Part shown: positions 23,562 through 37,200 of the stretch, piece after piece | Numbering within the stretch: position 1 is the stretch's first letter | Layout of the letters: each line of letters starts with the position of its first letter | NCBI RefSeq assembly: GCF_963921235.1 | Contig: NC_086097.1 | Span: 42,472,001-42,536,000, forward strand | From: Mobula hypostoma | Taxonomy: Eukaryota | Reading direction: 5' to 3' | Length of the DNA: 64,000 bases | The notes under the pieces: model-generated | Told to the model about the DNA's origin: nothing | Seen by the model: only the letters and a program-made list of their open reading frames with translations | The model's database searches: none | Position numbers and translations under genes: made by a program

Positions 23562-26500
23562 CATAAGTCCATAAGACCATAAGATAAAGGAGCAGAATTT
23601 GGCCATTTAGCCCATTGAGTCCATTTCATTATGGCTGATCCAACCTTCCTCTCAGCCCCAGTCTCCTGCCTTCTCCCTGTATCCTTTCATGCCCTGACCA
23701 ATCTAGAATCTATCAACCTCTGCCTTAAATATACATAAAGACTTGGCATCAACAGCTGCCTGCGGCAAAGAATTCCACAGATTCACCACTCTCTGGCTAA
23801 ATAAATTCTTCTTCATCTAAGTTCTAAAAGTATGCACCTCTATTCTGAGGCTGTGTCCTCTGGTCCTAGACTCTCCCACCAGAGGAAACATCCTCTCCAC
23901 ATCTACTCTATGAAAGCCTTTCACCAATCGATAAGTTTCAATGAGGTCACCCCTCATTCTCTGAATTCCTGTTGTGACAAGAATACACATAAAATTAAAA
24001 TGTTTGCTGGCCTGGGTTAGCATCAGTAGCATCAGCAGTTGGTCTGCCACCTGTCTTCAAGAGAGAGATAAGGAACACAATGAAACTGCATCTGGAGATG
24101 TGTAATGAAGGGACGGGAGAGAGAGCTGTCTGGAGCGGCTCCCCCTTTGAACCCTGAACTGTTTGAAGTGATGGACAGGCGATCTGAAGATGTGTAATGA
24201 AGGGACGGGAGAGAGAGCTGTCTGGAGCGGCTCCCCCTTTGAACCCTGAACTGTTTGAAGTGATGGACAGGCGATACCCCAGCAGGGGGATAAAAAGGGA
24301 CAGGTTCGCTAAGGCAGGAGACACACGACACCCGAGGTAACGAGACCCTGGAAGTGGTGCGCCTCTCACGAGTCGGTGGGAAGTATCGGACCTTAAACGC
24401 ACAGGGTGGAAAGGTACGATCAGCGGGAACCTGGTGTGTGTCCACCCTCGCTTGGGTGCCGGGTTCACTGCAGAGGATCGACCGCATCTGGAGGAGGGGT
24501 CACAGTCGGTGACCTCAGGTGACATCACAAAGGACCCGCCCAAAAGCTGCTTGTGAGCAATATCGCCGGTCTGTGAGTGGAAGCCGTTCTGAATGATCAG
24601 TCGTTCCCGTTCTCTCTCTCTCCCCCCCACGTTGTCCATCGCCATGGCAACGATTACTGCGAACTGAACTACTAAATTGGACTGAACTTCGTGTCACTTT
24701 GAAATTGGTCATTTACCCCTAGACAACTATAGAGCTTGATTGATGCTGTTATCTTAATTCTGTGCACGTGTGTTTATCATTGCTGAACTGTTGCATTTAT
24801 TATCCTTTCGATTACTGTGCTGCTTGTTTCTTTACTAAAACTTTCTTAGTTCTAGTAATCCAGACTCCAACTGAGTGATCCATTTCTGCTGGTTTGGCAA
24901 CCCAGTTACGGGGTACGTAACACTGTGAATACAGGCCCAGAGCCATCAAACACTCTTCATATGACAAGCCATTCAATCCTGGAATTGTTTTCATGAACCT
25001 CTTTGAAACCTCTCCAGTTTCAGCACATCCTTTCTAAGATAAGGTGCTCAAATCTGCTCACAATACTCAAGTGAGGCCTCACCAGCACTATATAAAGTCT
25101 CAGAATTACATCCTTGCATTTATATTTTAATCCTCTTAAAATGAACGCTAACAATGCATTTGCCTTCCTCACCATTGACTCAACCTGCAAATTAACCTTT
25201 AGGGAATCCTACACAAAGACTCCCAAGCCTGTTTTGCACCTTTTTTTTATATTTTCTCTCCATTTAGAAAATAGTCTACCATTTCATTTCTTCTACCAGA
25301 GTGCATGACCATACACTTCCCAACACTGTATTCTATCTGCCATTTCTTGGCCCATTCTCCTAATCTGTCTAAGTCCTTCAGTAGCCTCTCTACTTCCTCA
25401 AAACTACCTGCCCCTCCACCATATCATCTGCAAATTTTGCAACAAAGCCATCAATTCTATCATCCAAATCATTGACATTTAACGTACAAAGAATTGGTCC
25501 CAACACAGACCCCTGTGGAATACCACTAATCATCGGCAGGCAGCCAGAAAAGTCTCCCTTTATTCCCTCTCTTTGCCTCCAGCCAATCAGTCACTGCTTT
25601 ATCCATGCTAGAATCTTTTCTGTAATACCACAGGCTTGTAGCTTGTTAAGCAGCCTCATGTGTGGCATCTTGTTAAAGGCCTTCTGAAAATCCAAGTACA
25701 CAACACCAACTGATTCTCCTTTGTCTATCCTGCTTGTTATTTCCTCAAAGAATTCCAACAGATTTGTCAGGCAAGATCTTCCCTTGAGGAAACCATGCGG
25801 ACTACGGCCTATTTTATCATGTGCTGTTAAGTACCCTGATCCTTAGTAATTGATTTCAACATCTTCCCAACTACTGAGGTCAGATTAACTCACCTATAGT
25901 TTCCTTCCTTCTGCCTCCCCCCCCCCCGTAAAGTGGAGTGACGTTTGCAATTTTCCAGTTTTCTAGAACCATTCTAGAATCTGGTGATCTTTAAAAGATC
26001 ATGACTAATGCCTTCACGATCCCTTCAGCCACCTCTTTCAGAACCCTGGGGTGTACACCATCTGGTCCTGGTGACTTATCTACCTTTCATTTTCCCGAGA
26101 ACCTTCTCTCTAGTTATGGTAACTTTACACACTTCATAACCCCTGCCACCTGGAACTTCCACTATAATACTTCTGTCTTCCACAGTGAAGACCGATACAA
26201 AATATTTATTCAGTTTGTCTGCCATTTCATTGTCCCACAATACTACCCTACAGCATCATTTTCCAGCAGTCTGATATCCACGGTTGCCTCTCTTTTACAC
26301 TTTATATATCCAAAGAGATGTTTGGTATCCGCTTTAATATTATTGGCTAGCTTACTATTGTATTCCATCTTTTCCTTCTTAACGAATTTTCTCACTGCCT
26401 TCTGTTGGTTTTTAAAAGCTTTCCAATCCTCTAACTTACAACTAATTTTTGCTCAATTATATGCCCTCTCTTTGGTTTTTATGTTGGCTTTTACTTCTCT

Positions 26501-27478
26501 TGTTAGCCATAGTTGTGTCATCTTCCCTTTAGAATATATCTTCCTCTTCAGGATGTATATGTCCTGTGCCTTCCAAATTGTTTCCAGAAATTCCAGCCAT
26601 TGCTGCTCTGCTCTCATCCCTTCCAGTGCTCTTTTCCTATCAATTCTGGCCAACTCTTCTCTCATGCCTCTGTAATTCTCTTTACTCCACTGTAATGCTG
26701 ATACCTCTGTCTTTAGCTTCCCCTTCTCAAATTTCAGGGTGAATTCAATCATATTATGATCATGTTCCCTGAAGGGTTCTTCTAGCTTAAGCTCTCTAAT
26801 CAATTCTGTTTCATCGCACAACACCCAATCCAGAATAGTTGATCCTCTAGTGGGCTCAACCATGAGCTGCTCAAAAAAGCCATTTTGAAGGCACTTTAGA
26901 AATTCCATTTACTGGCTTCCAGCGCCAACCAGCTATAATCTTTCAGCCATGATTCAGCGATGCCTACAACATCATACCTGCCAATCTGCAACCGTGCTGC
27001 AATTTCATCTACCTTATTCCATATACTGTGTGCTTTCAAATATAACACTCTCAGTTCTGTATTCACCCTTTTCGATTTTGTCCACCTTTTACATTGCAAC
27101 TCATCCTGTTGACTGCAATTTTACCTTATCAGCAGCCTCTCCTCATTACACATTGCCTCTGTTTGTAAACCAGCTACATCATTTTCAACACTATTATCCC
27201 CCTTTCCTACGATACGTCTTGCATTGAAATATATGCAGCTCAGGACACTAGTCACACCAAGCTCAACTTTTAATTCCTAACTTTGTCTGAGGTCTTACCA
27301 ACATCTGCCTCCACAACATCTCCACAAACTGTTCTGGTACTCCAGTTCCCATCCCCCTACAACTCTAGGTTTAGACCCCATCGTGCAGCATTAACAAACC
27401 TTCCCACTAGGATACTAACCCCACTCCAGTTCAGGTGCAAGTCATTCCTCCTGTACAGATCCCACCTTCCCTGGAACG
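23562..27478 (-). mobile_element. CR1 LINE (ORF1 C-terminus, APE, RT, 3' UTR), decayed
   Basis: GRWDLYRRNDLHLNW near 27430-27475; RVLYLKAHSI; EPTRGSTILDWVL; RMRGDLIETY; (cataagac)n tail. Confidence 0.9.
23973..24922 (+). mobile_element. 950-bp solo LTR (probably Gypsy), 4-bp TSD, internal 92-bp tandem duplication
   Basis: TGT...ACA termini; ctgt at 23969-23972 and 24923-24926; repeat units 24091-24182 and 24183-24274; strand tentative. Confidence 0.88.
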
Positions 27479-29225
27479 TGATCAGTGACAATAAATTTGA
27501 TTCTGAATTAAGAAGTGACCAGATACTTGGCCAGAGGTGTGATATAAAGAAAAGTTTAAAACTAAGTGAGGGAGATGGGAAGATAGTCTTGCTCAGGAAA
27601 TGAATTCCAATGTGAGCACTACATGATTGAGTAGACAGCTTCTAATGCTAAGGAGAAGAAGGTAAATGCATTAAGGATCAAAGTTAAAGGGAGGAAGTTT
27701 TGACTCTGGCTTGCAAAGCTGAAGATTAAAGAGAGAGACAAGATTGATGAATGAGGTATAACACAAAGGTGGAGAACTAGGAGCTATACCATGCATTGGG
27801 GGCAGGCAATAAGCTGGCAGGGCTTTGTAAAACATATAGAAGGAAGGTGGAAGTGGTAAGAGCAGAGTGTGTTGGACGATGGGATACCAGGCTGGAGAAT
27901 ATAAATAGAATAGTTGAATCCGGAAAGGTAAGAGTTTCAGCAATTCTTAATCCAAGGACTATAATATGAATTTGCAGATTTTCTTTTTAAGTTGTAAAGT
28001 TAATTACTGGGATATATTGGACAGGTAACAACACTATACATTTTTTTCTGCTGTCTTTATGATACAGTCAATGTCAGAAAATAATTTTTTTATTTTCCAC
28101 ATACGTCAAAAAATGGTTCTATTCTAGAGGTAGGAGCTAAGGGAACTGCTTTGTTTAAAAACTGTAAATATGGATCATCTTTTAGTTGTTAAAAACTATC
28201 ACTCGTACCATAGCCATCCTTCGTATTCAGAGTTAAACCCTGTAACCCAAGCAAATGTCCCCTATATGTTAACCCTTTCATTCCCAGAATCATTTCTGTG
28301 AACTTCCTCTGGACCCTCTCCAATGCCAACACATATTTTCTTAGGTAAGGGGCTCAAAACTGCTCACAATACTCCAAGTGTGGTCAGACCAATGCCTTAG
28401 GAAGCCTCAGTGTTACATCCTTGCTTTTATATTCTAGTCTTTTCAAAACGAAAGTTAACATAGCACTTGCCTTCCTTACCACTAACTCAATCTGCATGTT
28501 AACCTTTAGGGAATCCTAATGCTGCCTTCCCTCCAAATCCTGATTAACCTATCACCCAAAATATGAAGGCAGAAATTCAAACATAAAAAGTACTTGGAGC
28601 TGTTAGAACCTGGAATGCCTTCTAAGGATCTGTGGTTAAGGCAGAATCTGTGTTAGTTTTTAAAAGGTTAGCGAATAACGTTGTGAAAGTACTATTTTAA
28701 AACTTGTGAAGCAGCCAAAGTTGGAAATATAAATAGTTCCTCCAGTCAATGTATATATAACTATTTAAAGCATATACATTAATCCTGAATATGCTTTGAT
28801 ATAAGTAGGGGTATGACAGAGCTGCTTTATAACAGGAATTCTTGGCTCTCCATCATCTCAGCTGAGTGTATAAATAGAACGGTAGGGAGAGGAATATCAG
28901 TCACCAGATTTTAAAACAATAATTTCACTGTTAATTACCTTGTTGTAGAACACAGAAAAGGGACATTTATTAAGCTTTTTGATGAGAGGAAAATATGACC
29001 TGAACACTGTCGCAGCCATAATATATTTCTGGTTAAAATTCTGATTTAGTTTGCCATGATTTATGGCCTATGCCAACTGGATTGATGCTGCTGGAAGTCA
29101 TTTTACCTCGGGCCCTTAACTGGGTTGCAAATGATCCTTTTAGTTTTGGGTTACAGCATTGTCCTTTAACTAATGGCCTGCAATTATTATACAGTATGTA
29201 TATAAATGGCTTTGCCTACAATGAA

Positions 29226-30115
29226 AATGTTAGATTGACTTTTCTCCTAGAGATATGTAACATAAATTGAAGGGATTTAGAGCTCGCAAAACCAAATCCT
29301 ATCACCAAAGTAAGTGTTTATAACGTGATCATGAAAGTTGCAAAGACCAATAATATAGAAATTTGACCTAATCCAGAGTGAGAAAAGAAATAGATATAGA
29401 TATCAGGTATTGTATTTGGCATAAAATGCTATGCTAAAGTGACTAACTTAAGGCATAGGGGCAAAAAAAAGCTGTAAATCTTTTCGTCACTTTGTGTAGT
29501 TTATCTTCTCCTCTCGGAAGGGAACTGAGCCATCACGCCAATTCATTTCACAGTGAAAATTTCCCCACAAAAGTCTAGTATTCAGCCCAATAGAAAATAA
29601 TTAGAAAAATAAAAAATGCTACATTTAAAAACTAGGATCAACAGAACTAAAAAACTACTTGAAACATTGGCAGGTACAGATGTTCCTTCAGATAGCTCAA
29701 CAAATTGATTGGTTTTTATAATGGTTAGGCAACTTTACAGTGAAAATGAATTATCTTCTGCCTTTTACTTTGACAGGAAAAGAACATGGCATTTTTGTTC
29801 AACTTTCATGTCCCACCTTTCACCAATGTTAAATGGACTTTTCTCCTAGAGATATGTAACATAAAATGAAGGGATTTTCAGCCTGCGTAACCAAATCCTA
29901 TCACCAAATTAAGTGTTTATAATGTGACCATGAAAGTTGCAAAGACCAATAATATAGAAATTTGACCTAATCCAGAGTGAGAGAAAAGAATTAGATATAG
30001 ATATCAGGTATTGTATTTGGAATAAAATGCTATGGTAAAGTGATAATGAAAATGAAATGTTACCGTGAAAATGAATTATCTTCAGCTTTTTACTTTGCCA
30101 GGAAGGAACACGGGA
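29226..30115. repeat. Local tandem duplication of non-TE sequence (599-bp offset), second copy internally deleted
   Basis: 29226-29442 resembles 29825-30043; ~29740-29790 resembles ~30065-30115. Confidence 0.9.
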
Positions 30116-30119
30116 CTTG

Positions 30120-30460
30120 TGTCCCAGGATGCTGCCTGGATTGGAGAGTGTACCTTTACGGGATCGGTTGATCAAGCTAGGGCTTTTCTCTTTGAAATGA
30201 AGGAGGATGGGAAGTGACTTGATAGAGGTGTACAAGATGATTAGAGTCATAAATCGAATGGATAGCCAGAGACTTTTTCCTCGGGGGGAAATGGATAATA
30301 CAAGAGGGCATAATTTTAAGGTGATTATTGGATTTAAGTTCTTTACACAGAGAATGGCGAGTGCCTGGAATGCACATTGCCAGGGTTGGTGGTAGGGGCA
30401 GATATACAAGGGGCATTTAGGAGACTCTTAGGCAGGTACATAGATGTTTATAAAAGGACT
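30120..30460 (+). mobile_element. CR1 3' fragment
   Basis: DLIEVYKMIR...TRGHNFKV...FFTQR. Confidence 0.85.
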
Positions 30461-31194
30461 ATATAGATGCATCAGATTCTTAGATTCTGCCCTGTAATTT
30501 ATTTTAATTACTTCTAGCCATTACTTGTTTATATCGGAAATGCAATTGAATCTCACTGATCCATAATTGGCAATACATTCAGTTCAATTACTTTATATCA
30601 AACAAAATCAGAACGGTATGTTTCTTGAGGGGAAAAATCTAATTGGTCTTGTCCTTCCTAATACATCTGATACAGATCCATCTGTCTATGACATATGGGT
30701 TGGAATAATTATTACACACTACTTGTGGAAACAATTCCAATAATGACACATCGTCATGTGTTTCACTGCCACAGTGTAAATGGCATAGATTCAGAGCAGA
30801 TCTAACAGATCAAAGCTTAGCATTCATAGGTGCTGTAGGCCATCAGCAGTAGAATTTAATCTGTCACATTATATAACCTCATGGCCTGGGATATCCAGTG
30901 CTCTACAATTATTGTCAATTCAAAGGTTCATCCTTGGTTGAAGAACATTCCAGTGCATCACCCGACAGCTAAGATTAAGATATCACGCCAATGAAGCAAT
31001 GAACACGTGACAAGCAGCATGCTAAACAGCAGAGCAAGCATGCAATAGATGGAACAAAGCAATTTTACATGCAAGGAAAAAGCTTTACAATATTGTCATA
31101 TATTATCATGATCCATGGTGGAGTAATAGAGGAAACTCTGAGAATATTTCCATTATCAGTAATGGTATAGGCAAGTATGAAATTGGCAACAATG

Positions 31195-31570
31195 TTCAAA
31201 GTTCAAATACATTTATTCTGAAAGTATGTATACATTATACAATCTTGAGATTCCTCTCCTTATAGGCAGCCACAAAACAAAGAAAACCAATAGAACCCAT
31301 TAAAAAAAAGATCATCATCAAACGCCCAGTGTGCAGAAAAGAAAACAAATCATGCAAACAATAAAAGTAAGCAAATCACATTCAGAGCTGAAGTTCACAA
31401 AGGTGAGTCCACAGCCACAAATCCAGTCACAGCCGATCCAGGAGCCCGTTAGTTGCAGGCCACAGCCTCAGTTCACCGCAGAGACCAGTAAGCCTCGCAG
31501 AGCAGCGAGCTGAACACTGGCCCATCCCTCGCCTCCCGCCCCGACACCCTGACCTTTTCAATCTGCAACA
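31195..31570 (-). mobile_element. 3' part of Rex-tailed non-autonomous element
   Basis: gttcaaagttcaaa tail; homologous to 6208-6312 plus 8047-8230. Confidence 0.65.
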
Positions 31571-32743
31571 TATGCTTCTTCAGCCTGAACCAACACTTTT
31601 AAATCCATTCCAACCTCCCGGGGTCCCTATTATCACAGAAGCCAGTCTTCAGCCAATACTATTTATTCCACATGATAACAAGAAGTGACTGGCCACTGCA
31701 GCAGCAAAGAATGTGCACAAGAAGCAATCTCACGTAAAGAGAACAATGACTTGCACTTACGATCTGAGGTCATCCAAACAGATTACAAACAATGAGATAT
31801 CTTTCGACAGTAGTCACTGGTGTGAATTTGCTCAGGCAAGTGTATTAATATCCACATCATCTGGTTTTGCATTGCTGATTCAGGGGCAAATCCTCTTCAC
31901 GGGATATTCCCACTGACTTCTTCAAAATAGGGCCATGTTTATCATATGACATCTCCAGAGAGCAATGGCACATCAGTCAGCTGTGAACATTCTCAGGACT
32001 GGACTGAAGTGTCAGCCAGAAATGTTTGTGGTTCACGTGCAGGAGTAGAATTTCTGACGCAAGGGGAGTGGTGACTGATTGAGCCATGAATGACACATAG
32101 CAATGTATTTAAGATTTTCTATTTCTATTGCTGATATCTGAAAGAATTGTTCCCATAAGCAATTATTATCAATAAACAATTACGATCAATTATAATCAAC
32201 TAACTTTGTGACCAAACAGAGTCAGTATTCCTCCATTTTATCAATGTTTGCTACATGCCTGTGATGTCACTATAGGTCTTTAATTGCAATTGTGCTTAAG
32301 GTAATAACCTCAACTTTGACTTCTGTGATGATTCCTTGCACTAAACAGATGAAAATTTCCAGATAATTGTTTATCTTCTCAAATTGTCACAAAGTGACAA
32401 GAGTGGTCCAGCTTTGGCTCAACAGGCTTCTGCAAGAACAGGCTTGGACAAGCAGAGACACAGGCTCGGAGTAAGTTTCCAGTATTTTTTTTTTTCTGTT
32501 AGCACATGGCTAGTGCACTGAGAATGGGTCCAGAGTTAGTGGTGTGTTCTTTGTTTGGGGTGTGGGAACTTCGGAAGATGTCCAGTCTCCCTGATAACTA
32601 CATCTGGTCAAAGACCGTGTTAAGGAACTGGAGCTGTAACTCAATGTCCTTGGGCTCACACAGGAAAATAAGGAGATGTTAGATAGGAACTACACTGAGA
32701 TAGACCTCCTCCCCCCTAAATTACAGGAGGCAGGTACCTGGGT

Positions 32744-32920
32744 TTCTCATAAACACAAAATACTCTGCAGATGCTGGGGTCAAAGCAACACTCACAACAC
32801 ACTGGAGGAACTCAGCAGGTCGGGCAGCATCCATGGAAACGATCAGTCAAGGTTTTGGGCTGAAACCCTTCCTCAGGATGCTGCCCGACCTGCTGAGTTC
32901 CTCCAGCGTGTTGTGTGTGT
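32744..32920. mobile_element. 177-bp fold-back Penelope-derived element, 9-bp TSD, hammerhead relic in the loop
   Basis: 46-bp arms 32787-32832 and 32876-32921; TSD tacctgggt at 32735-32743 and 32921-32929. Confidence 0.8.
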
Positions 32921-33140
32921 TACCTGGGTGACTGTCAGGAGCAGGAAAAGGAACAGGCAACCAGTGCAGAGTGTGCCTGTGGCCATTCCCCCCGATAATA
33001 AGTTTACCATTTTGGATACTTTTGTTGGGGGGGATGGGGAACAGCCTGTCAGGGAAAAGCTGCAGCAAGCAAGCACTGAGTCTGGATCTGTGGCTCAGAA
33101 GGGAAGGTGGGAAAAGAGGGAAGCAGTACTCAAAGGGGAT

Positions 33141-34224
33141 TCAATAGACAATAGGTGCAGGAGTAGGCCATTTGACCCTTTGAGCCAGCACCGCCATTCA
33201 CTGTGATCATGGCTGATCATCCACAATCAGTACCCCGTTCCTACCTTCTCCCCCTATCCCTTGACTCCGCTATCATTAAGAGCTCTATCTAACTCTTTCT
33301 TGAAACCATCCAGAGAATTGGTCTCCACTGCCTTCTGAGGCAGAGCATTCCACAGAACCACAACTCTCTGGGTGAAAAAGTTTTTCCTCAACTTCGTTCT
33401 AAATGGCCTACCCCTTATTCTCAAATTGTGGCCTCTGGTTCTGGACTCCCCCAACATCGGGAACATGTTTCCTGCCTCTAGCGTGTCCAATCCCTTAATA
33501 ATCTTATATGTTTCAACCAGATCCCCTCTCATCTATCTAAATTCCAGTGTATACAAGCCCAGTCGCTCCAATCTTTCAACATATGACAGTCCCGCCATCC
33601 TGGGAATTAACCTCGTGAACCTCCGCTGCACTCCCTCAATAGCAAGAATGTCCTTCCTCACCAGGGCCCTGTACAACTGCAGAAAGACCTCTTTGCTCCT
33701 ATTCTCAACTCCCCTTGTTATGAAGGCCAATATGCCATTAGCTTTCTTTACTTCCTGCTGTACCTGCATGCTTACTTTCAGTGACTGGTGAACAAGGACA
33801 CCAAGATCTCATTGTACTTCCCCTTTTCCTAACTTGACACCATTCAAATAGTAATCTGCCTTCCTGTTCTTGCCACCAAAGTGGATAACCTCACATTTAT
33901 CCACATTAAACTGCATCTGCCATGCATCTGCCCACTCACCCAACCTGTCCAAGTCATCCTGCATTATCTCAACATCCTCCGCACATTTCACACTGCCACC
34001 CAGCTTTGTGTCATCTGCAAATTTGCTAATGTTACTTTTAATCCCTTCATCTAAATCATTAATATATATTGTAAATAGCTGCGGTCCCAGCACCGAGCCT
34101 TGCGGTACCCCACTAGTCACCGCCTGCCATTCTGAAAGGGACCCGTTAATCCCTACTCTTTGTTTCCTGTCTGCCAACCAATTTACGATCCATGTCAGTA
34201 CCCTACCCCCAATACCATGTGCTC
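33141..34224 (-). mobile_element. Well-preserved 5'-truncated CR1 nested in CR1 ORF1
   Basis: GVPQGSVLGPQLFTIYINDL, KFADDTK; (caataga)n tail; short deletion near 33660. Confidence 0.93.
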
Positions 34225-37200
34225 GTTGGTTAGGTGAACAGAAAGGAGGTTCTGTTGACAAGTATAAGATTCCCGGATGGTTTGTTGCCTCTTGGGTGCC
34301 AGTGTCAAGGACATCTCGGATCTGCTCTGTGGCATTCTTAAATGGGAGGGTGAGCAACCAGAGGTCATTGCCCATGTCGGTGTCAATGACGTAGATAGGA
34401 AGAATGACAAACTTCTGCAAAGTGAATGCAAGGAGTTAAAGGTTATTGCCTCCAGAATTGTGATTTTAGGATTGCTACCCATGCTGCATGCTAGTGAAGT
34501 CAGAAACAGGAAGATCATACAGTTTAACATGTGGCTAAGGAGTTGGTGCAGGAGGGATGGCTTCAGATTTTTGTATTATTGGGGTTTCTTCTGTGGAAGG
34601 TGGGACCTGTACAGAAGGGCTGGTTTGCACCTGAACTGGATGTAGTCTAGTATCCTTGTGGAAAGGTTTGCTTGTGCTGCCTGAGAAGGGGGTGGTGGGG
34701 AGTTGCAGGGGAATGGAAACCACAGTGCCAGAACAGATAGTGGAGTGGCAGTGGAGAAAGATGTTGTTAAGCCTACATACAAGGTTGGGAATCGAAAGGT
34801 AGAGCATGGTGTGACTAATGTTCTGAGCTGCGTGTATCTCAATGCAAAGAGTATTGTAGGAAAGGCGGATGAGTGTAGGGCACAAACCAGCACATGGGAT
34901 TATGATGTGTTGCCATTAGTGAAACTTAGTTTGCAGAAGTGCAAGACTGGTAGCTCTATGTCTGTGGTTCCATTGCTTTAGATGTGATTGAGTTGGAGGT
35001 ATTTAAAAGGGGAAGGGTGGCATTACTATTCGGAGAAAATGTCAAAGCACTGCTCAGACTGGACAGTTCATCAAAAAAAACTATATGGCTGGAACTGAGG
35101 AATAAGAAGAGGATGACGACATTAATGGGATTTTATTATAGACCACCCAACTGTCGGTGGGATTTAGAGGAGCAAATTTGCAGGGAGATCGCAAACTGTT
35201 GGAAGAAACTTAGGCTGTGATAGTAGATGATTTTAATTTTCCACAAGTTGACTGAGACTCCCACACTGTAAAATGGCCGGATGGGAAAGAGCTTGTCAAC
35301 TGTGTTCAGGAAAGTTTCCTTAATCAGTACATTGAAATCCCAACTAGAGAGAGTGCAATACTAGATCTCCTGTTAGGGAATGAGACAGGGCAGGTGGGAG
35401 ATGTTTGTGTAGGGGAACAATTTGCATCTTGTGATCATAATGCCATTAGTTTCAAGATAATTATGGGAAAGAAAAAGGCTGGTCCTCAGGTTCTAAATGG
35501 TATCAGAAAGAATCTAGCAGGTTGTTTTCTGGCAAAGGTGCACTTGGTAAATGAGAGATCTGCAAAGGTGAAATTTTGAGAATACGGAGTTTGTATGTTC
35601 CTGTCAGAACAAAAGGGAAGGATAACAGGTTTATGGAACCTTTGTTTTCGAGAGATATTGAGGCCGTGGTTAAGAAAAAGAAGGAGGCAAATAGTAGATA
35701 TAGGCAGATAGGGAGAAATGAGGTCCTTGAGGAGCATGGGAAATAAAAAAAAATACTTAAAGGAAATCGGGAGGGCTAAAAGCAGACAGGGTGAAGGAGA
35801 ATCCTAAGGGCTTCTACAGATATATTAACAGCAAAAGGATAACAAAGGACAATATTAGTCCTCTGGAAGATCAGAGTGGTCATAAATACATGGAGCTGAA
35901 AGAGATGGAGGAGATCTTAAATGGATTTTTTTGCATCTGTATTTACTCAGGAGACAGTCACAGAGTCTATACTGTAGATGTGAGGAAATGCAGCAGCGAG
36001 TTCATGCACCCATACAGTGGAGAAGTGTTTGCTATCTTGAGGCATATTAGGGTGGATAAATCTCTAGGGCTTGACAAGATGTCCCCTCAGACCCTGTGGG
36101 AGGTTTGTGCGGAAATTGCAGGGGCCCTAAGCAGAGATATTTAAGACATCCTTAGCCTAGGGTGTGGTGCTGGAGGACCAGAGGATAGTTAATGTTGTTC
36201 CATTGTTTAAGAAAGGCTCTATGAATAAACTAGGAAATTATAGGCCAGTGAGTCTGACATCATTAGTGAGAAAATTATAGGAAAGTATTCTAAGGGACCG
36301 AATATATACTGTAAGTATTTGGATAGACAGGGACTGATTAGGGATAGGCAACATGGCTTTGTGCTTGGTAAAGTTTTTCAAGGAAGTTACCAGGAAGTTT
36401 GATGAAGGCAAGGCAATGGATGTTGCCTACATGATCTTCAGCAAGGTCTGTGCAAGGTCCCACTTGGGTGGTTGATCAAGAACGTTGAGTCTCTTGGCAT
36501 TCAAGATGAGGTAGGAAATTGGATTAGTCATTGGCTTTGCCAAAGATCCCAGATAGTGGTTGTAGATGGTTGCCTCTCTGACAAGAGACATGTAACTAGT
36601 GGTGTGTCACGGGGATCGGTGTTGGGTCCGTTGTTGTTTGTCATCTATATCAACAATTTGGATGATGTTATGGTAAACTAAATCAGCAAGCTTGCAAATG
36701 ACACCAAGATTAGGGGTGTAATGGATAGCGAGGAAGACTATCTAAGCTTCCAGCAGAATCTGGACCAGCTGGAAAAATGAGCTAAAAAATGGCTGACGGA
36801 AGTTAATGCAGACAAGTGTGAGGTGCAACACTTTGGGAGGACAAACCAGGGTAGGACTTACATGGTGAACAGTAGGCCACTGAGTAGTGCGGTAGAACAG
36901 AGGAATCTGGGAATACAGGTCCATAAGTCATTGAAAGTAGCATCACAATTATATAGGGTTGTAAAGAAGCCTTTTGGCACATTGGCCTTCATAAATCAAT
37001 GTATTGAGCACAGGAGATGGGATGTTACGTTGAAATTGTATAAGACAGTGCTGAGGTCTAACTTGGAGTACTGTGTGCAGTTTTGGTCACCTACCTACAG
37101 GAAAGATGTAAATAAGGTTGAAAGAATGCAGAGAAAATTTACAAGGATGTTGCCAGGACTTGAGGATCTGAATTATAGGGAAAGGTTGAAAAGGTTAGGA

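Noticed and set aside
23995..24645. 216-aa minus-strand ORF with internal repeat
   Set aside because: Lies within a solo LTR; the repeat reflects the 92-bp duplication.
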